The notes under the pieces were generated by a model that saw only the letters and a list, made by a program, of their open reading frames with translations, did not search any database and had not been told where the DNA came from. A stretch of 62,898 bases of DNA. It comes from a virus (taxonomy: Duplodnaviria; Caudoviricetes). The DNA lies in the IMG/VR virus record IMGVR_UViG_3300005098_000046, positions 1-62,898 of that record; one strand, 5' to 3'. Both the position numbers and the translations under genes were made by a program. Shown here piece by piece: positions 53,693 to 62,847 of the stretch (position 1 is the stretch's first letter; every line of letters begins with the position of its first letter).

Positions 53693-53983
53693 ATGGCCAA
53701 AGGCGGAGGAGCCGCAGGTATTTCCGGTGGCGCTGCCGTTGTTTCCACTGCAGCGCGTGGGCAGACTATCGGCGCCACGTTGGCTACTGGTGAGGATATG
53801 CGCGGCACAGCCGTTGCGGAAATTGACCGTGCAACCGGCACGTTCCGCATACGTTCGGGCAATCGCGTAATCCGTCGCGGTTCGCTTGGGCGCTCGGTAC
53901 GTGCGACGACACAGCGCGGCATCACACGTGTCATAAATGATGCGTTGCGTGCTGCGGGTATCCCGGTGCTTAGGCTGCCATAA
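53693..53983 (+). CDS. Small basic protein, Gly-rich N-terminus (paralog 2)
   Basis: MAKGGGAAGISGGAAV; first 23 nt identical to paralog 1; GGAGG RBS. Confidence 0.8.
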   Translation: MAKGGGAAGISGGAAVVSTAARGQTIGATLATGEDMRGTAVAEIDRATGTFRIRSGNRVIRRGSLGRSVRATTQRGITRVINDALRAAGIPVLRLP

Positions 53984-53991
53984 AACCAACA

Positions 53992-54264
53992 ATGTCTGAC
54001 AATGGCGACGATGTTGATGTGCTGCTGGCATTAGCCGGCGAGCCGCGAAACGGCGTCCTGCCTGGTGGTGCGGGTGCAACAAGGATGGGAGACGAGCAAC
54101 GAATTGCTCGTCTCCTGTCTTTGACTCCAAGCAAGTGGGCGGTACTCCAGATGGCCGTTGACAAGGTTTGTGCTATCTGCAACGCTCCTATAGCTTTCGG
54201 CGATGCGCTCGTCTTGATTTGTGCTGATTTTCTTGCTGGAGCTGACCCGCGTTCTTATGAGTGA
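53992..54264 (+). CDS. Hypothetical protein
   Basis: 90 aa; ALVLICADFLAG end resembles ParB-associated C-terminal helices. Confidence 0.5.
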   Translation: MSDNGDDVDVLLALAGEPRNGVLPGGAGATRMGDEQRIARLLSLTPSKWAVLQMAVDKVCAICNAPIAFGDALVLICADFLAGADPRSYE

Positions 54265-54913
54265 CGAAGCTGATAAGCAGCAAGAGAAAGCCCCGGCGAA
54301 ACGGCGCAAAGGTGGCCAAAAAGGCTATCCGGATAGCTTCGTGCGTTACGTGCGCACGCTGTGGGCGTCCGGTAGTTTCGATACAGACATTGAACTCGGC
54401 GAGTTTTGCGGTGTGCCGGCGCCGACTATCCGACACTGGCGCGCGGAGAAGCGGCCGGATGGGATTGACTGGCACGAATTGCGCCGCGAATTGTCGCGAC
54501 AGCGCCAAGAATTGCTGACGAAAGAAGCCGCTGAAACGCAAGCCGGCTTGGTGCGCCGATACCGCGCTGTGGTGTCGGCGCTTATTCGTGCGGCGCTGGC
54601 GTTCGCACGCGGCGAGAAGGTATACGATGAGAAGGGGAACCCTATCCTGTTGCCAGAATTGGCTCCGCGCAGCTTCGGCGAAGCTGTGCAGATGGTTATC
54701 CGGCTGATTAACCTCGATATGATGCTCAGTGAAGTGGTGGACGATACATTTGACATTATGGACAAGGCTGCCATGCTGGTGCGGCAAGCGATGGAGCAGG
54801 CAGATATACCGGTAGAGATGCGCCAGAAGGTTGCCGACCAGCTCATGAGACTAATCAGCGGTGCGGAGCTGCAAGACAATGGTGGACCCGGTGTTGGCAC
54901 AAAAGATAGCTGA
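54257..54913 (+). CDS. Terminase small subunit
   Basis: HTH ELGEFCGVPAPTIRHW..W, helical remainder; directly upstream of large terminase. Confidence 0.7.
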   Translation: MSDEADKQQEKAPAKRRKGGQKGYPDSFVRYVRTLWASGSFDTDIELGEFCGVPAPTIRHWRAEKRPDGIDWHELRRELSRQRQELLTKEAAETQAGLVRRYRAVVSALIRAALAFARGEKVYDEKGNPILLPELAPRSFGEAVQMVIRLINLDMMLSEVVDDTFDIMDKAAMLVRQAMEQADIPVEMRQKVADQLMRLISGAELQDNGGPGVGTKDS

Positions 54914-56606
54914 CATTTTGTACATTGAGGACATGCCGCGAGTGCCGCAGATGTACGTGCCGGAACTCCCGGCGCCGAGTGTCTTCGTGACGCACCCAGA
55001 GTACTTGGGGCTGGGCGATGAGCCGTTCCCACACGTGCTGGAAGTGCTCGACGAGATACTGCTGGGTGGCTACAGCGAAGCGTATCTCTGCTGGGGCATC
55101 GGGTCCGGGAAAAGCTACCTCTCGTCTCTTGCGCTTGCTTACATTGCCGCAGATGTGCTACGCCGCATGGCGCTCGGCGAGTTCTGGTCGGATTACAACT
55201 TGGCCGAAGGCACGCTGGTGCAGCTTGGCTGCTTTGCTGGCACGTATACGCTGGCGCGCGAAGTGGTTTTTGAAGAGCTACAATCGAAGCTGGCGCAGTC
55301 GCCGTGGTTTGAGAAGTACTTCCCGGTGGACCCGAAGGTGAAGCGTTATTTGCGCTTCTTGCTCGGCTCGACGCCGTATCAGATGCGCTTGCTGATAGCC
55401 CCGTATGGATGTAGCCGGCGGTCGGCGCTCGGCCGCAACATGTTTGCGGCTGTCATTGATGAAGCGTCTTGGTGGGAACAGCGCGGCGAGCAGACTCGTG
55501 CGCGCATCGTCGGCGAAGCCAACGACATCGCACAAGAGCTTTATGAACGCGTTGACCAGCGCATCCGCTCGCGCTTCGGCGAAGAGGGCCTGGTAATCAG
55601 CATCTCATCCGCGCGCTCGGTAGACGACTGGATACAACGCAAGCTGCGCGAAGCTGAAGATGACCCGCGCATATTTGCGGAGTGCTTGCCGACATGGAAG
55701 GTCAAGACACGCTGGCGGCGCAAGGAAACGTTTGAGCTTGATGGCGAGGAGATACCTATTGAGCTTAAGCCGGCGTTCGACCGCGACCCAGAACGCGCGT
55801 GGCGCGATTATGGTTCGCGGCCGTTCTATGCGCATCAGCCGTTCGACCCACACGCTGCGGACATTTTCAGCGAGCCGCCGCCGCCGTTCGGCCGTGGACC
55901 AGACCCGCAGTTTGCTAACCCGGTTGATAGCGACTGGAAGACGCTATGGAATGCCGAGCAGTTCGACAAGATTGTACCGAGCTTAAGCATCACGCCGGCG
56001 GTGCGGTACTACATGCATATCGACCTGGGGCTTACTGGTGATGCGATGGGCTTGGCCGTGGCGCACGCGGAGAAGATGGAGGAGTGGGAGGACCCGGTAC
56101 TGGTGGTGTTGGACTTTACGCTGCGCTTGCTGCCAGAAGAATGTGGCGGCGAGATACGCATAGCGAGCATTCGCGAGTTCATCTATGCATTCATCAAGCG
56201 CTATAAGCGTGATGGCCTGGCGGAGCTTTTCGTCAGCATGGACGGCTTCCAGTCGGCCGACTGCTTGCAGCTTCTGCGCGAGCGTGGTGTGCCGGCGTAT
56301 GTGATGAGCGTAGACAAATCTACGGCATACTATGACTTGAAGGAGCTACTACACAGCGGTCATTTGTTGTATGCTGATGATGATTTCTGGATGCGGCGCG
56401 AGTACATGCGGCTTGAGTACCAGCGCGGCCGGATTGACCATCCGCCTGAAGGCAGCAAAGACGTTGCTGATGCTGTAGCGGCTGCGTGTGCTCAAGCGGC
56501 GGCATGGGGGCGTTCGCAGTGGGGCAGTGCGCGCCCGCCGTCGTTGCGCGTGGAGCGCAACCGCCAGCATGTGGCCGACATCATGACCCGGAGGGGAGCG
56601 CTATGA
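54879..56606 (+). CDS. Terminase large subunit
   Basis: Walker A GIGSGKS, Walker B AVIDEA, ISISS, nuclease HIDLG, DGFQS, DHPPEGSKDVADA. Confidence 0.93.
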   Translation: MVDPVLAQKIADILYIEDMPRVPQMYVPELPAPSVFVTHPEYLGLGDEPFPHVLEVLDEILLGGYSEAYLCWGIGSGKSYLSSLALAYIAADVLRRMALGEFWSDYNLAEGTLVQLGCFAGTYTLAREVVFEELQSKLAQSPWFEKYFPVDPKVKRYLRFLLGSTPYQMRLLIAPYGCSRRSALGRNMFAAVIDEASWWEQRGEQTRARIVGEANDIAQELYERVDQRIRSRFGEEGLVISISSARSVDDWIQRKLREAEDDPRIFAECLPTWKVKTRWRRKETFELDGEEIPIELKPAFDRDPERAWRDYGSRPFYAHQPFDPHAADIFSEPPPPFGRGPDPQFANPVDSDWKTLWNAEQFDKIVPSLSITPAVRYYMHIDLGLTGDAMGLAVAHAEKMEEWEDPVLVVLDFTLRLLPEECGGEIRIASIREFIYAFIKRYKRDGLAELFVSMDGFQSADCLQLLRERGVPAYVMSVDKSTAYYDLKELLHSGHLLYADDDFWMRREYMRLEYQRGRIDHPPEGSKDVADAVAAACAQAAAWGRSQWGSARPPSLRVERNRQHVADIMTRRGAL

Positions 56607-56950
56607 TTTCATGGCTACGCAAACTGTTTCGTCGAGCGCCGCTAATACGAAGCCACGATGGTGCGTTCGTGGCGGAGTCTGGCCGGCGATACCGTATCGA
56701 AGTCGAGCACATCGGCGAGACGATGCGGCTAATTCTGTATGGCCCGGTTCCGGGGACGGACGTGGACCGGCTGGAGATGTTCGTGGCACCGACGCCGCGC
56801 GGTGTACGGCGTGGGATACGCACCTTGTTGGCGGCTGCAGATAGGATGGAAGAACAGACACTGCGTGTAACTAACGTCTTGGGCATAGGGGTTGTTACTA
56901 ATGCGCATCAATCCGCCGCCGCAGAGACTGGAAAAGACTCGACGCAGTAG
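56603..56950 (+). CDS. Hypothetical protein
   Basis: ATGA overlap, GGAGGGGAG RBS. Confidence 0.6.
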   Translation: MISWLRKLFRRAPLIRSHDGAFVAESGRRYRIEVEHIGETMRLILYGPVPGTDVDRLEMFVAPTPRGVRRGIRTLLAAADRMEEQTLRVTNVLGIGVVTNAHQSAAAETGKDSTQ

Positions 56951-58382
56951 CTCTGCTCGTGTAGCACACGACAATATTCGCCCGCGCAAGCGCAAAGGCA
57001 GTCGGAAAGGGTCTCTTTTGTTTTCGTCCAACAAAGACGCCAAACGTTGGCGCACGCTTCGCGGCGACATAGACATTGCGGCAATGTCTGCGAAAATCAT
57101 GCAGCTTGTCCCGCAGTGGGCGTTGCATGAACGCGAAGCCGGCAAGGGCGACAAGCAACACGAGATAGTGCTGCGGCAGTTCTTTCACCGCCCGGATGGT
57201 GAGAACCCGTGCCAGGCGATATTGCAAGCGACTGTGGCGCGCTTGCATCTTACCGGCACGGCGCATTGGCATTTGCTGCGCGCAGAGATGAATGAAGAAG
57301 AAACGCGCGAGACGTTGTATGACGTGCTGCTGCGCACCATACGGCCGGTGCTTGGCGCGGATAAACCGGTGGAGCTTCTTGCCAAGCAAGTTGAGCAAGC
57401 GCTGGAGACATTTGAGCAAGTCCCGCTTGTCGGATTTGAATTGCTGGCCGGCGATATTGAGCGCAAAGAAGTTGATGGCGAAGAGAAGTGGGTGCAGACG
57501 CTTGAAGTGAGTGCCGGGTCAAGCACATTGACAAGCAAGCAAAAAACCTATCCGCTGCAAGACGTTGTGCAATTCACGCGGATTGGGCCTGACGGGAAGC
57601 CGCTTGCGTTAATCGACATTGTGGAGCCGTGGAGCGATGCGAGCGGCTATCTGTTCGTGACCAATCGTTCAGCTGCGAAGCACGCCGGCATGGCAGATTT
57701 GATGCTTATCTTCTCCGGCATTTCCGAAGACGAGCGCCAGCGGCTGAAAGAGCAGCTGGAGATACGCGCGGACCCGAACAGCATTGAAGACATGTATTTG
57801 CCTATCATTGCGCGGATGTCTGCGCCGCCAGGCGAGAAAGTAGTGGCGCAACCTGTCAAGCTGGGCGACCGCATTCTGGATGCAGCATGGTCGCGCTTTG
57901 ACGAGATGCTTCTGCGCCGCAAGAGCGGGCTCATGGGTGTGCCGCTCGGCACCATCGGCGCCTACCGTGAAGTCAACCGCGCCAACATGGAAGCGCAAAG
58001 GCATATCCTGTACGAAGAGACGCTGCCGACGCTGCTGATGATAATTAGCGATACTGTCACCGAACGTATCATCGTCAACGAGTTCGGCTTCGAGGACTGG
58101 ATATTTGATTTTGAACCTGCGGATTTGCGCACTGAAGAAGTAAGGCATGTGCAGCGCATAGAGAGTTTGCGTGCTGGTTTGACGACTCCGTATCAAGCAT
58201 GGGTGCAATTGCATGGCAAGCATATTGCTGATGAGTTCGTGCGCACGCTGGAGAGCATGGGTGTCAACGGCGATGTTTTCAAGGTCCCGTGGATACAAAG
58301 CGGCGGCAATTGGATGCCGATAAGCGCGGCGGTGCAAGCGGTGATGGCGAGCGAGGAAGGGGAAAGCAAGCGGGGGCGCTGA
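56901..58382 (+). CDS. Portal protein
   Basis: ~493 aa after terminase; LHLTGTAHW, MGVPLGTIG..NRANMEAQ, GLTTP. Confidence 0.85.
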   Translation: MRINPPPQRLEKTRRSSSARVAHDNIRPRKRKGSRKGSLLFSSNKDAKRWRTLRGDIDIAAMSAKIMQLVPQWALHEREAGKGDKQHEIVLRQFFHRPDGENPCQAILQATVARLHLTGTAHWHLLRAEMNEEETRETLYDVLLRTIRPVLGADKPVELLAKQVEQALETFEQVPLVGFELLAGDIERKEVDGEEKWVQTLEVSAGSSTLTSKQKTYPLQDVVQFTRIGPDGKPLALIDIVEPWSDASGYLFVTNRSAAKHAGMADLMLIFSGISEDERQRLKEQLEIRADPNSIEDMYLPIIARMSAPPGEKVVAQPVKLGDRILDAAWSRFDEMLLRRKSGLMGVPLGTIGAYREVNRANMEAQRHILYEETLPTLLMIISDTVTERIIVNEFGFEDWIFDFEPADLRTEEVRHVQRIESLRAGLTTPYQAWVQLHGKHIADEFVRTLESMGVNGDVFKVPWIQSGGNWMPISAAVQAVMASEEGESKRGR

Positions 58383-58924
58383 TGCAGTGCTGCGTGGATA
58401 GGATGGGACAGATGGCGGCCCCTGGCTGGTTGCGCAAGCGGCTATGGACAACGTTGTATGAGAGGCTGCTACCGGAGAAGGGGATTTGTGGCCCGGTTGC
58501 AATCTCTATAATTACTGGCGCTTCGGTAGCTGATGTGCTCAAAGCATGGCATGAAGTATTCGGATGCGCATACCGTGGTTATACAAACGTGCGCGAATTG
58601 CGTGCTATTTCGGCGCATTTTGGCAAGCCAGTGAAGCGCGTTAATGGCGCAAGCAGCGAGTATAGTTTCCCACAGCTTCGTGCCGGCCAAGAAGGATATG
58701 CGCGGATACAATGGCTGAACCGCGATGACCCCGCCGGGCGATGGGGGCATTTCACAATAGCGGCGCTGCATACGCACTGCGTGGCATTGCGTTGTCGCTT
58801 TGACGGGAAGACCGAAGTTTACGGCAACGACATCGGCGACTGGTGGCTTGCCGAAGAGCTTGTGGCGGCTGGTTATCTGAAGCACGGTCGCGTTACATCT
58901 GTTTACATCGTGGAGGGAGCTTGA
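58382..58924 (+). CDS. Papain-fold (C39-like) cysteine peptidase candidate
   Basis: CGPVAISIITG, GYTN, HCVAL, VYGND. Confidence 0.55.
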   Translation: MQCCVDRMGQMAAPGWLRKRLWTTLYERLLPEKGICGPVAISIITGASVADVLKAWHEVFGCAYRGYTNVRELRAISAHFGKPVKRVNGASSEYSFPQLRAGQEGYARIQWLNRDDPAGRWGHFTIAALHTHCVALRCRFDGKTEVYGNDIGDWWLAEELVAAGYLKHGRVTSVYIVEGA

Positions 58925-58926
58925 GC

Positions 58927-59235
58927 ATGGCAGCCCCGACGCCGCGCGAACGATTACTGCTTGATGTCGCGTGCGCCGGCACCAGCACGCACTGGGAACA
59001 CGTGACCGAGCGCGACGGCCGTGAGCTTCTGATGTTTTATCGTGACGACTGGAAGATTGGTTTCGACTGGTTTGAGCTACGTGCCGAGTTATACCGGCAA
59101 GGCATGGAAGCTGCATTGCCGGCGCTCATACGTTTGATTGATGACTGGTTTGCTTCTACGCAGAAGGCGTATGAGACCGGCCGCTTGCGGCGCACGCCGT
59201 TCTCGCCGTTTTCTGTAGTTATTGACAAGCGATGA
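58927..59235 (+). CDS. Hypothetical protein
   Basis: GGAGGGAG RBS, 102 aa. Confidence 0.6.
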   Translation: MAAPTPRERLLLDVACAGTSTHWEHVTERDGRELLMFYRDDWKIGFDWFELRAELYRQGMEAALPALIRLIDDWFASTQKAYETGRLRRTPFSPFSVVIDKR

Positions 59236-59250
59236 ATGTCGTGGCATACT
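59222..59250 (+). promoter_or_regulatory. Sigma70-type promoter upstream of the head genes
   Basis: TTGACA, 17 nt, TGn-CATACT. Confidence 0.7.
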
Positions 59251-59452
59251 GAGAGTGCATGGCGAGCCCCCTTTGGACTGAGCAGGTGATAGCGCAAGAG
59301 CCGAGCGCGCCGACAAAGGCTGCTCGGCTTTTGCCTTTATGGGACTTGACATGTTTGCCGTTATGGTGTCTCATGTTTGTGTGTGGCCCGTTGTCGAGAG
59401 GAGACTCACCAGGGGCGGCGCCAGAGAAAAGGCGGCGCCCGGTGAAAACAAG

Positions 59453-61411
59453 ATGCCATACGGGTCGGTAGAAGAAGCTCTTGCGCGAGCGCCTGGATTG
59501 TTTAGCATAACACCGACTGGTCGCTCAAAACCGGTGAAGCTGACCCGTCTGGACTTGATAAATGAGCTTGCGCGACTATATGATGGTCTTGTACAGCAAG
59601 GATATAGCGCAGCAGAAGCAGCGCAGCGCGCGAAGGCGACATTCCGAAGACGCTACACTTATCGCAATGGCCGATGGTTGCGCAAGGGGACAACCGAGAT
59701 GGGCGATGTTAACTTCAGCGCCGGCGCGCGGCTTTTCAAAGCGTATGAAGAGCAAGGCGAGAAGTTCCTCGTGGTGGATGCCAGCGATAGTCTTCCTGAT
59801 AAGCAAGGTGGCTACGACCCCGTTACACGGCGTTTTTGGAAGGCCGATGTAATAGCGCCGAGTTTCCTGCAGAAGATGAAAGACTTGGCCGCTGCTGGGA
59901 AGGTCGAACTTGTGGAAGGCCACAGTGGTGCAATCCCGCTTGGGGTATCTGTAAGCGTGGACAAAAGCGTCAGCCACTTCCGACCGATTTTCAAGATTGA
60001 CCAAGAGAACCCGGTGGCGATGTATTTGTGGGAGAAGGTGCGGCGCGGCGAGCTTGACCGTCAAGTATCAATCGGCGGCAGGCTGGACCCGGCGGCGGTG
60101 CGGTTTCGATACGACCCCACAGTTGGCGGCTATGTGCGCGAAATCACCAACGGCGCGATAGACCACGTGGCAATTGTGCGGCCTGGGACGGCTGCGAATC
60201 CTCGGACTGGCTTCGTTGAAGCCATTGCAAAGGCACTTGACGAAAGCGCCGTTGACTACGAAGAAGCGCTGGAGAAGCTGGGCATGGATACCTATGATGA
60301 TGCCTCACCGTATTGGGATGCGTTGCGGCTGGAGAAGGCTGTCTGGACGCGCGCCTACATCAACGACTTGCCAGACGAATGCTTTGCTGTTATTCTGCCC
60401 GGCGGCGAGAAGGACGATGAAGGCAAGACGGTGCCGCGCACTTTGCGGAAGTTGCCGTATCGTGACCATACCGGGAAGATTGACATTGCGCATCTAAAGA
60501 ATGCACTATCACGATTGCCGCAGACAGACTTACCAGAAGACCTGCGCGAGAAGGCACGCCGAGTTTTAGAGCGGGCAGCGCGAGAGGCGAAGCTGCCCAC
60601 CTACGTGAAGAAGGAGGAGACAAATATGGGCGATGCTCAGACCCCGGAGGAAGGGCAGCAGCAAGCGCAACTGCCACTGTCCAGTAGTGGGCCGGCTGTA
60701 AGCGTTGAGCAATTCGCCAAGGCGCTGGAGGACACGCTCCGCGAAACGCTGATGCCTGAACTCAAGCAGGCTGTAGAGAGCAACGTAGAGAAACAGCTTA
60801 CGGCGCGTCTCCGCCAGGTCGAACGCGATTTGCAAGACCATCTCAAGACGCTCGTTGACCAGCGGCTCATGAAGAGCACCGAAGGCGAAGGGGCAGCCCC
60901 GGCTGATGGCAATAGCGAGCAGCCCGCTGGCGGCGATGATGGCGACGCGCTTGAGAAGCGCTTCGCTGCTATCGAAGAGAAGCTGGAGAAAGTAGCCACG
61001 CTGTTGGAGAAAGCGCAGTCGCCGGCGGAGGATAGCGGCGATACCGGCGATGAACAGCAGCAGCAGAACAAAGGTGCTGACAACGCCGGCGAAAACAGCA
61101 ACGACGACAGCAGCGGCGAAAACGCTTCGCCTGCCGAAGACAGCGGCACTGAAGTTAACAAGAGCACTGATGCTTCGGCGAAGGAAGCCGAAGAAATTGC
61201 CCGCCAAGTGGTTGAGGAATACTTCCGCAAGGCGCGCGAGCAAAAGCAGCAGCAATCGAGCGACGGCGACGACGGCGACTCCAACAAAGATGCGCCGCTC
61301 AGCAAGCAGCTTGAAGAGCGCATTCGGACTGCTCGGCCCGACGAGCAGCAGGATGTGCTGGCGACTGTATTCGCCGCGCACTTCAGCGGCGACGAACAGC
61401 CGCGACAATAG
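59453..61411 (+). CDS. Prohead protease-scaffold fusion with ChaB-like N-terminus
   Basis: MPYGSVEE start; EGH, QVSIGG, IDHVAIV..AANPRT protease motifs; WTRAYINDLPD domain; acidic coiled-coil C-terminus. Confidence 0.8.
   Translation: MPYGSVEEALARAPGLFSITPTGRSKPVKLTRLDLINELARLYDGLVQQGYSAAEAAQRAKATFRRRYTYRNGRWLRKGTTEMGDVNFSAGARLFKAYEEQGEKFLVVDASDSLPDKQGGYDPVTRRFWKADVIAPSFLQKMKDLAAAGKVELVEGHSGAIPLGVSVSVDKSVSHFRPIFKIDQENPVAMYLWEKVRRGELDRQVSIGGRLDPAAVRFRYDPTVGGYVREITNGAIDHVAIVRPGTAANPRTGFVEAIAKALDESAVDYEEALEKLGMDTYDDASPYWDALRLEKAVWTRAYINDLPDECFAVILPGGEKDDEGKTVPRTLRKLPYRDHTGKIDIAHLKNALSRLPQTDLPEDLREKARRVLERAAREAKLPTYVKKEETNMGDAQTPEEGQQQAQLPLSSSGPAVSVEQFAKALEDTLRETLMPELKQAVESNVEKQLTARLRQVERDLQDHLKTLVDQRLMKSTEGEGAAPADGNSEQPAGGDDGDALEKRFAAIEEKLEKVATLLEKAQSPAEDSGDTGDEQQQQNKGADNAGENSNDDSSGENASPAEDSGTEVNKSTDASAKEAEEIARQVVEEYFRKAREQKQQQSSDGDDGDSNKDAPLSKQLEERIRTARPDEQQDVLATVFAAHFSGDEQPRQ
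60626..61411 (+). CDS. Nested in-frame scaffold protein (internal start)
   Basis: AAGGAGGAG RBS at 60611-60619, in-frame ATG 60626 at the start of the acidic region. Confidence 0.65.
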   Translation: MGDAQTPEEGQQQAQLPLSSSGPAVSVEQFAKALEDTLRETLMPELKQAVESNVEKQLTARLRQVERDLQDHLKTLVDQRLMKSTEGEGAAPADGNSEQPAGGDDGDALEKRFAAIEEKLEKVATLLEKAQSPAEDSGDTGDEQQQQNKGADNAGENSNDDSSGENASPAEDSGTEVNKSTDASAKEAEEIARQVVEEYFRKAREQKQQQSSDGDDGDSNKDAPLSKQLEERIRTARPDEQQDVLATVFAAHFSGDEQPRQ

Positions 61412-61443
61412 TGAGCGCGCAAGACAGGTAGGAGGCACCTGAT

Positions 61444-62814
61444 ATGGACGCGCAGCTTTTTAAGCAACTGACTGAAAGCGACCTGTCCAGTATTCGGACG
61501 GAAGAGCTGATACAGCGTGCGCTTACCGAGGCAGCACTGGCGCAGATGCCAATGCTGCAGCTTATCCCGATGCGCGCAGTGGCGGACAGCCCGTTCTTCT
61601 TCCGTCGCCGCACGGCGTTGCCGGTTGCGGTGCCGCAAGGCCCGTCCTCGGATACGGTGCGCACGAAGTCGTCGCTGGACAAAGTAAGCGTCGCTCTGAA
61701 AACCATCCGTGAAGCTGGTGGCGTCGATAACTTCTCGCGTCATACGATTAGCGATGTAGAACTGCTGACCGAAGAAGCGCTCGGCTGCGCCATCTCGGTT
61801 GTCTACCAGCTTGCTGGCATGATTTTGTGGGGCGATGCGACCGCCAATAGCTATACGTTCGACGGCTTCGATGCGGACCCGGAGATTGTGCGGCATGATG
61901 GCGGCAATGATGTGCTAACGAAGAGCGACATCGATTCGCTCATCGATGCCGTAAGCGTCTCCGTCGAGGGCGCTCAGAACCATGTGCTCGTGATGAGCAA
62001 GGAGATGCTGACACGGCTTACTGATGCTGTGGAGAGCAGCAACGCTATCCGCTACGACGTTGAGATTGAGCCTGGCGGGTTGCCTGGCGCACGCGCCGGC
62101 TTGCGGCTGCATCAGTATCGCGGCATCCCAATTTACCAGACGGAAGCGACCCGGCCGAAGAAGAAGGCCACCGGCATCACGGCGAGCGTTGCTGCTGGCC
62201 AAGGCTCTCTTGCGGCTGGCACGTACTATTACCGCTTGGCTCCGGTTACGCGCTTCGGCGAACAAGGTGCGTGCGATACTATCACCGTTAACGTATCGGG
62301 CGACAATAGCGCGGTTAACTTCTCGGTCCCGGCGTTCTTCATCGACAGCGACCTCGGCCAGTACACCGACGCATGGTACTGGAAGATTTACCGTGGGACA
62401 TCTTCCGGCGACGAAGTGCTTGTCAACGTTGCGAACGGCTTGACGTATGATGCGTCTGGCACACCAACTGCAGCGGCTACTACCGTTACTGATGATGGCG
62501 ACGACCTGTCTTCGTCCGACCGTGGCGGCGCGACAACCGACACTCCACTCACGTATTCGTCTTCGGCGCCGGATGAATGCATCTTCATCATCGACACCAA
62601 TCGTCTCAACGGCTGCGAACTCGGCTACAAGGACCAGCGCCAGACGGATGATGCCCGCGCGATGGGGCCGGACGGGTTGCTCGGCTGGCTGGAGCTTGCG
62701 CAGACGCGCGACCGGCTGGAGTTCATGGTACGCGCGTATGCGGCGCTTGGCATCAAGCAAGGCCGCGTACATGGCGTGCTTCGCGGCGTGCGCGCGAGTT
62801 CTGGCGGATACTGA
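61444..62814 (+). CDS. Major capsid protein with inserted Ig/FN3-like domain
   Basis: Follows scaffold, AGGAGG RBS; ILWGD..FDG, YRGIPI HK97-fold motifs; insert GSLAAGTYYYRL...KIYRGTSSG. Confidence 0.85.
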   Translation: MDAQLFKQLTESDLSSIRTEELIQRALTEAALAQMPMLQLIPMRAVADSPFFFRRRTALPVAVPQGPSSDTVRTKSSLDKVSVALKTIREAGGVDNFSRHTISDVELLTEEALGCAISVVYQLAGMILWGDATANSYTFDGFDADPEIVRHDGGNDVLTKSDIDSLIDAVSVSVEGAQNHVLVMSKEMLTRLTDAVESSNAIRYDVEIEPGGLPGARAGLRLHQYRGIPIYQTEATRPKKKATGITASVAAGQGSLAAGTYYYRLAPVTRFGEQGACDTITVNVSGDNSAVNFSVPAFFIDSDLGQYTDAWYWKIYRGTSSGDEVLVNVANGLTYDASGTPTAAATTVTDDGDDLSSSDRGGATTDTPLTYSSSAPDECIFIIDTNRLNGCELGYKDQRQTDDARAMGPDGLLGWLELAQTRDRLEFMVRAYAALGIKQGRVHGVLRGVRASSGGY

Positions 62815-62847
62815 TGTTGGCTGTCGCAAGAGGCACCCGAACAGTGC

